From positions 227,416,001-227,480,000 of the forward strand of contig OZ024741.1 in assembly GCA_964016885.1 (NCBI GenBank): a stretch of DNA of 64,000 bases, read 5' to 3'. Origin of the DNA: Eledone cirrhosa (Eukaryota). Numbering within the stretch: position 1 is the stretch's first letter; each line of letters opens with the position of its first letter. The translations under genes were made by a program, and so were the position numbers. Shown here piece by piece: positions 56,391 to 64,000 of this stretch. The notes under the pieces are model-generated. The model did no database searches, was not told the DNA's origin, and was given only the letters and a program-made list of their open reading frames with translations.

Positions 56391-59374
56391 ATACCATCCG
56401 AGTCTACCTCGACTGTTGTGGAAAATACTATCGATAATGAAAATCAAAAGTATAAACAATTGAGAATTTCCCTCAACGAAATCTTCCAGAGAGAAATTAA
56501 CTCATGTATAAATATCTCTCTGGCTGAACGTGTTAAAATGACAATGGTGAATAAAAAACCAAATAATGAAATACTACGTGTTATTGACGAAATAGGGGAT
56601 GAATATTTACGACGGATAAAAACCCCAACATTTTGGAAAGTCAACGCCTGTTTATATGCCTTAGCAATGACAGTGAAGCATTATCTTGGTGATAGCAGAG
56701 ATATTAACAAGAACAAAACACCACCAAAAATACCATCATATATAACTAAAATAGAAAAATAGAGTGCTGACCTACGAAAAACCATAGGATATGTGACAAT
56801 GCTCCTTACATGCAAACAAACACAAAAAAACCTCACTCCTCACCAACAAAGAGTGAAAAATGAAATAGAGTCGATGTTTGGTAACAGTAGAACCAGAACT
56901 CTCCAATATAAGCTGATCACCCTCAAACAAGAATTGAGAGCTGTTAGTGAAAAACGCCGATACCTGAAGAAGGTAGATGAGAGAAAAGTGCTTAATAAAA
57001 GATGCAGACGAAACCAAACATCAGTCTATAGAGATATGAAGAGCAAAATAATAAGTGTCACTGAGGCCCCATCCCAGAAAGACATATATTCCTTTTAGAG
57101 AAAGATATGGGGTGAAAAGAAGAATTTCAACAAAGATGCAGTGTGGCTGAGAGAAATCCGAAAGAACTATTGCTCCTACACTACAACAAAAACATACGAA
57201 ATAAGTGAGGGTACCCTTGAGACTGTGATAGGAAAACTCCAAGATAAGAAAACACCAGGAAGAGACATCATTGTCGGCTACTGGTACAAAAAACTGATAT
57301 TCTATCGGAGGTATCTTACTGACCTAACCAACAAGTTCTTAAGGGAGATACACTTATACCAGAATGGTTGACATTAGCACAAACGTTACTGGTCCCCAAG
57401 AACAAAGACACCCACTTGGCAAAAAACTACCGACCCATTGAATGCCAGAACCTGATATATAAGATGTATACAGCCTGCCTGAACCTATTCCTCCAAGATC
57501 ACTGTGAAAATAATAACATCTTCACAGATGAACAAGCAGCTGGAAAGAAAAGGGTTTGGGGATGTGCTGAACAACTCCTAATCAACAAAACTGCGATGTC
57601 GGAGGTGCGACAACTTAGGAGGAATATTACTACAGTCTGGCTGGACTACAAGAAAGCTTTCGATTCTGTTCCCCACTCTTGGATGATAGAGGACCTCCAA
57701 CTTGCTAAAGTCCTAGACATTATTGTCAGAGCCATAGAGAGGCTGTCTTCTTCTTGGGCTACTATCCTAAGGTTAAAGGCAGAGAGGGAGGACTCTATTT
57801 TCACTGATAAAATAAAATATTGCAGGGGTATATTTCAGGGGGACAGTCTCTCTGTGATATTGTTCATATTGTCATTAAACCCCTTGTCATTTCTGCTCAA
57901 GAAATGTGAGGGATACATCATTGGCTCACAGGAGGACAGAAATACGAAACTAACCCATATCTTCTTTGTGGACGATCTGAAACTCTATGCCAAGAACATG
58001 GATGGGATGAAGAAAAATCTTGACTGGTTACAACGTTCTCAAAGGATATAGGAATGGAGTATGGCTAAGATAAATGCTCATACATGACTGTCAAGCGGGG
58101 AAAAACAACAACCCAATCTAGCAACATTGTCATCAATGGTCTAACTGTTTCACCGATATCTGATGAAGACTGCTACAGATACCTGGTGATAGATGAGAAC
58201 ATATCCTATAATGGTATCTGTAATAAAGAACGCGTAACCAGGGAATACTACACCCGATTAAGAAAGATCTGGTCATCGGAACTCTCTGCGCAAAACAAAA
58301 CAGTGGCTCACAATGTGTTTGCTGTGCCTGTCCTAACACCAACGTTTGGAATACTCAATTGGACGATAGACGAAATCCGAGCAGTTGATGTTGGAACTCG
58401 AAAAATACTGAACAACACCGTCAACTTCCACATCAACAGTGACATAGACCGCCTTTACTTGAAACGTAAGCAGGGAGGCAGAGGCCTAACATCAGTCCAG
58501 GCAACATTTGAATGTCGCATCATATCTATCCGACAACATCTACGAACCTCGAAGCGTAGGAGCCCGCTTCTCGAGCAAGTCTATCTGCATGAAACAGATA
58601 AGATCATGAGAGTTGGGAAGGAACTCCTCGAGAGATATTCCCTGTGTGATAATCAAAAGCTCACACCCAGGGAAGTCGCTCAGCTGTATCGCAGTGAATC
58701 CATGGATGAAAAACTGCATGCCTATCAACAAAAAATCATGCATGGATATGTTGCCAAGAAGCTCCAGAGTGAGAGTAATATAGATAAGGAAAGTAGTCTA
58801 TCTTGGACCAACAACCGCTATATTGACTCCCACTTTGAAGGATACGATTTTGCAATCCAAGAACAGGAGATTAGCACGAAATACCTGATTCACAAAAGAG
58901 ATAGGGATGCAGGGAAAACACCTAGATGTGATAACAAGTGCAGACTCTGCAGAACTAACATCGAGGATATCATTGAGATTTATGCCTGTGATTATTGGTG
59001 CACTGGGGTATGTTAGTAACTGCCTCAATACAAATATTGAGAAGCTAGGCTTCACAGGAACAGAAAGAACACAACTAGTTAGGAAATTACAAGTACAATC
59101 CATTAATGGAACAGTAAAAATATGTAAAACATTCTAAACATTTTGCATCTAATAACTGCATATACACATGTACAGATACAAAGCATATACACATGCTCAC
59201 ATACAACTCAAAACATACACATTCATACATACAATAACATCCATATCTACACATGCATACATAATCTACCTAGTTGATGTGGTGTAAATTCCAATGAGAG
59301 AGTCTTGTGTCTATGTTAGAAACCGACTCTCTCTCTATTGGGAAAACATTTGTGAAATTATAAAACCAGAAAAA
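56391..59374 (+). mobile_element. R4-clade family D copy with internal deletion, between (CATA)n tracts
   Basis: Collinear with the reverse complement of 32900..36260. RT motifs in 57368..59016. RLE region deleted near 58975. (CATA)n tail from 59375. Confidence 0.92.
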
Positions 59375-59660
59375 CATACATACATACATACATACATACA
59401 TACATACATACATACATACATACATACATACATACATACAAATTAACACATGGGCTCAATTTTGTACATTTCGATAAATAAATGTCTACATATTCATATA
59501 AATTTGTTTATATTCATATGTGTAGAAATGTATATATGTGTGTTTACACACACACGCACACACCGCCACACACACACACGCGCACGCACATCGACACGCA
59601 CACGCACATACATACATACATACATACATACATACATACATACATACATACATACATACA

Positions 59661-60782
59661 TCCAAAAGAGATAGGGATGCAGGCAAAACACCTAGATGTG
59701 ATAACAAGTGCAGACTCTGTAGAACTAACATCGAGGATATCACCCATGTCATCAGCAGCTGTCCAAAGATGTCATCGCGGTACTATCTACCTATGGGGCA
59801 TGATGTAGTGGCCAAAACACTGTACAATGCAGTTCGTAAAAAAGATAGCCCCGATAATAAACACAATAAAAGCTACAACAATGTGGAAGACATCCATGTA
59901 TATAATATGAAAGAGTACTGGTGGAATGTTCCAGTAAAACCCCAATAAAATGCAGGCATAACAGACCAGATATTATGATATGGGACAGGGAGAAGAAAGC
60001 ATGCACAGTAGTGGAAATTAGCTGCCCAGCAGAAGCCAATATAATATCAAAGATTAGTGAAAAGGAGAAATGCACCCTAATTACACCTTCAGATACTCCA
60101 CCCTAATTACACCTTCAGATTTATACCTGTGATTATTGGGGCACTGGGATATGTTAGTAACTGCCTCAATACAAATCTTGAGAAGCTAGGCTTCACAGGA
60201 ACAGAAAGAACACAACTAGTTAGAAAATTACAAATACAATCCATTAATGGAACAGTAAAAATATGTAAAACATTCCAAACATTTTGCATCTAATAACTGC
60301 ATATACACATGTACAGATACAAAGCATATACACATGCACACATACAACTCAAAACATCCACATCCACACAAAGATTAGTGAAAAGGAGAAATGCACCCTA
60401 ATTACACCTTCAGATACTCCACCCTAATTACACCTTCAGATTTATGCCTCAATACAAATCTTGAGAAGCTAGGCTTCACAGGAACAGAAAGAACACAACT
60501 AGTTAGAAAATTACAAGTACAATCCATTAATGGAACAGTAAAAATATGTAACACATTCCAAAAATGTTGCATCTAATAACTGCATACACACATGTACAGA
60601 TACACATGCACTCATACAACTCAAAACATCCACATCCACACACACAATAACATCCATATCTACACATGCATACATATCTACCTAGTTGATGTGTAAATTC
60701 CAATGAGAGAGTCTGGTGTTTATGTTAGAAACCGACTCCCTCTCTATTGGTAAAATTTTGTGAAATTATAAAACCAGAAGAA
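59661..60782 (+). mobile_element. Two further rearranged 3' fragments of family D, (CATA)n-flanked
   Basis: CRLC..ITHVISSC and HNRPD. The 3' end occurs twice (about 60110..60370 and 60371..60782). Confidence 0.88.
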
Positions 60783-61157
60783 CATACATACATTCATACA
60801 TATGTATGTACGTATAATATATGTACATACATTTATCAATATATAAGTGATTGTCTGAAGGCAAGTAAATCGCTAAAGATCAACGGTACGCAGTGCGAAT
60901 TCTACAACAAATATTGTATATGAGACATTTCCAGACTGAACCAATTTCGTCTCGTGGGGAAAAGAAACTAAGTTAGAGCATTCATTGAAATGATGACGTA
61001 TTTGTCTGCGCTATCTTGTTTATATACATCGCTAACGAAACAACAGTCATGAACTGACGAAGTAACTGGCTTAACGAACGATTGGTGATCGTGTGTTGTC
61101 TTCATTGTTTGACCTTTCTACAAAAATCATCTATTAACTAGCTACTGTATAGAAGCT

Positions 61158-61244
<87 letters not shown>

Positions 61245-61250
61245 GCGCGC

Positions 61251-61287
<37 letters not shown>

Positions 61288-61403
61288 GGAAAAGAGTCAG
61301 GACTCCGACGGCTGAGCTCCGGCTGTTTCGACAACTAGATCCGAACATAGTATCGAGTACTCTGGTGCGTTATAGTCCACCTGGTTCCTTATCACACTTT
61401 ATA

Positions 61404-61697
61404 TATAGATCAGTTTTATAAATAAATATTGACATAACCCTTAAAAAATGCAACCATTACTGTTGGAAGCTCCCGGATAGTGGAGTTGTTTACTTATATA
61501 AGTAAACAACTCCACTATCCGGGACCTTCCAACAGTAATGGTTGCATTTTTTAAGGGTATGTCAATATTTATTTATAAAACTGATCTATATTATATTTTG
61601 TCTGATGAAAGCACACCATAATTTAACTCGGTGTCCTTGAAATATATATAATGAAGTAAATATGGTTTTATAAATATAGTTTCCATTTGTCAATATC

Positions 61698-61700
<3 letters not shown>
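61404..61700. mobile_element. Foldback element (about 95-bp arms, no loop) followed by an HHR
   Basis: Palindrome centred near 61498. At 61595..61657 (+): ATTTTGT-CTGATGA-AAGcACACC..GGTGTcCTT-GAAA-TATATA-TA-ATGAAGT. Confidence 0.8.
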
Positions 61701-61740
<40 letters not shown>

Positions 61741-62499
61741 GTGGTGAATGTATATATGTGTATTGATATACTGGTGTCTGTCATAAAACTGCGGCCATAC
61801 TGGAGTATGTGGCACTTCATACACACATGCACATGCATGAATACATACATTCATATATCGACTTCCCATGCCCCAGCATAGCCTTTGACTAATGTCAGGA
61901 TGAAATTTATACCTATAGCATTAGATGGAACGTCCTTTGCGACAGAGCACCCCTTTACCATCGCCGGAGCCACAACTCTGAAATTTGCCTCTACGAGAGT
62001 TTGCACTCACACTGCAATAATTTGCGATATATCTCAACAGTAAAACCGATTTTATGTTTTAGTGTCACCGGAGAAATCCTTTGTCAGCCAATTTCTAACG
62101 ACTGGTTTGAGATATCCCAAATATACAAGCTAGTTCAACTCAAACAACTTCAACCCCAAACCAACATATACCCTATAAAAATGTTTAGATCATTCTGACA
62201 CCTACCGTCAAAAGGAAAACTCAGCGACACCAGATACAGAGATGTAAAAATCCTTGACTATGTCGCAAAAATGCTTCAAATTAAGGGCGTACCAATCAAC
62301 ACATATCGCAGATTTACCACATAAGTTGAACCAACAAATGGAGGTCCTAATTATTCTTTTCTTCGTTTGTACCTATATATATATATATAAATACTATAGA
62401 GTAAAGCAAGTCCAGAGAATTATTTGATAATATATATACATCATCTCTACTCCCAAAACACATATACCTGTGACTTTGTTTAATTGGTGTATGTGTAAA

Positions 62500-62566
<67 letters not shown>

Positions 62567-62623
62567 ATATATAAAATAAAGTAAAATAAAAATTCAAATG
62601 TTTTAAATTTAGCTTCGTTTATT

Positions 62624-62678
62624 ACTGCTATATATATTTCGGTGACAGCCATCTTTGGCTGTGACCTCTTCAGGCAGT
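62624..62678 (-). ncRNA. Type I hammerhead ribozyme in a TA-flanked element of about 220 bp
   Basis: ACTGC-CTGAAGA-GGTcACAGCCA aaga TGGCTGTcACC-GAAA-TATATA-TA-GCAGT. Confidence 0.88.
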
Positions 62679-62941
62679 CCGAATTAGTGTGGTATAGACA
62701 AGTACATATGTTGTTGAGGTGTATTATTTTGTCAATACTCTGATATGCCCAGTTCCTGGTTGGGTTGTTATTTCACTGAGGAACTGGAATCATATGTATA
62801 TATATATATATATACATATGTATATATATATATAATATATAGTAATAATAAATTTGAAGACTAACATCCAAAGAGGCCTCGATACCGTTAAGGGTGAAAG
62901 CAGAGATTCTTTGCTTAAACTTTAATCTGTTATTTTACTAA

Positions 62942-62981
<40 letters not shown>

Positions 62982-63169
62982 TATGGAGAGGGTCATATTG
63001 TTGTAATAATATTGCCAGAATTAATAACAGAACACACTCACTGTTTGGTTGGTTTTCGCTTCTGTATCTTTTATATCAGTTAATTTATTTTTTTCGGTCC
63101 TCAATGTTTACCATTGACTGACCAACGGTCAAAAATACAGATATAATATAGACACAAACACATATATAT

Positions 63170-63930
63170 AGTCTAACAAAGTTCTTTCGTTGCACCAAAG
63201 AGACAGAATCAGAGTATACGAAGGAGCCACAGAGAAGCATAAGACCCTCATAGAACTGGACATGAAAGGAATTTGTCCATTATACAGGAGCAAATCATGG
63301 AATAGCTTAGATAGGACTAGACATAAGATAGGGAAAGCCACATCATGGTACGACAACCAGAGATACCAGAGTGTCATGTTCGTGGATGCTAACCCTAGAG
63401 GGAAATTAGCTAACCAGTATAGAAAGGCCCTGAGAAAGACCCACTTAAAAATTAAGGTGGTAGAAAAGCCAGGAACCACCATAAAATCCCTCATCAGCAA
63501 AACATACCCTTTTAAGAAAACCCACTGTACTAATAGGAAATGTATTATATGTAAAGTAAACCCCCGGATAAACTGTAAAACTAGAATCGTAGTCTATAGC
63601 ATAAGATGTACAAAGGGTACTTGCAGAAACATGACAACAACATACATAGGCGAGACAACTCGTAGCATAGGTGAAAGGATAGACCAACACTGGGGGGGAA
63701 CTAATAGGACGAAAAAACAGTTTGGTACTATACGAACACGCCAGATAACAACAAGACGGTAACATAGACAACATAGAAATTAAAATAATATCTAAACATA
63801 GAAATGACCCAGCAGATAGGCAAATCAGAGAGGCCAGCGAAATAGAACTTAGAAGGCCAAGGCTAAACAGAAAAAACGAATAGAATAACATCAACACCCA
63901 AACAAACAATACTGACCTAAGAGAAATATA
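63170..63930 (+). mobile_element. Penelope-like element 3' part (Cys-rich linker + GIY-YIG)
   Basis: ORF 63190..63762: CPLYR, KVVEKPG, CTNRKCIIC, NCKTRIVVYSIRC and YIGETTRSIGERIDQH. Confidence 0.85.
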
Positions 63931-64000
63931 AATAAATAAATAAATAAATACATACACAAGCACAATAACAACAAACACATATAAACACACACTAGTAAAC

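Noticed and set aside
61045-61105. ATGAA-CTGACGA...GTC-TTCAT
   Set aside because: GAAA and the 5' side of stem III are missing; at best a relic.

Overview
Eukaryotic, AT-rich, microsatellite-saturated animal DNA that is almost entirely transposon-derived. The SINE complement resembles that of octopods (inference). No intact host gene is evident; there are only weak candidate minus-strand exons near 4.5 kb and 15.1 kb. Recognisable elements: R4/Dong-type RT+RLE LINEs (families sitting in (TAA)n or (CATA)n tracts), a full-length but disrupted L1/Tx1-type LINE inside an (ATT)n tract, RTE fragments, four Penelope-like (RT/GIY-YIG) relics, a decayed Tc1/mariner, a large decayed Rep/helicase Helitron plus three short non-autonomous Helitrons, a hAT MITE and many tRNA-derived SINEs. 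The most striking signal is non-coding. Several unrelated short sequence families carry type I hammerhead ribozyme (HHR) motifs, three of them as retrozyme-like tandem concatemers (310, 426 and 595 bp units). They repeatedly share one architecture: two arms joined head-to-head in ribozyme sense, with the outer 3' ends usually in (TA)n microsatellites. One arm starts exactly at the predicted self-cleavage site, and one family carries a compensatory U3-A8 core variant with an extended stem II. All structures were read by eye, so coordinates may be off by a few bases.
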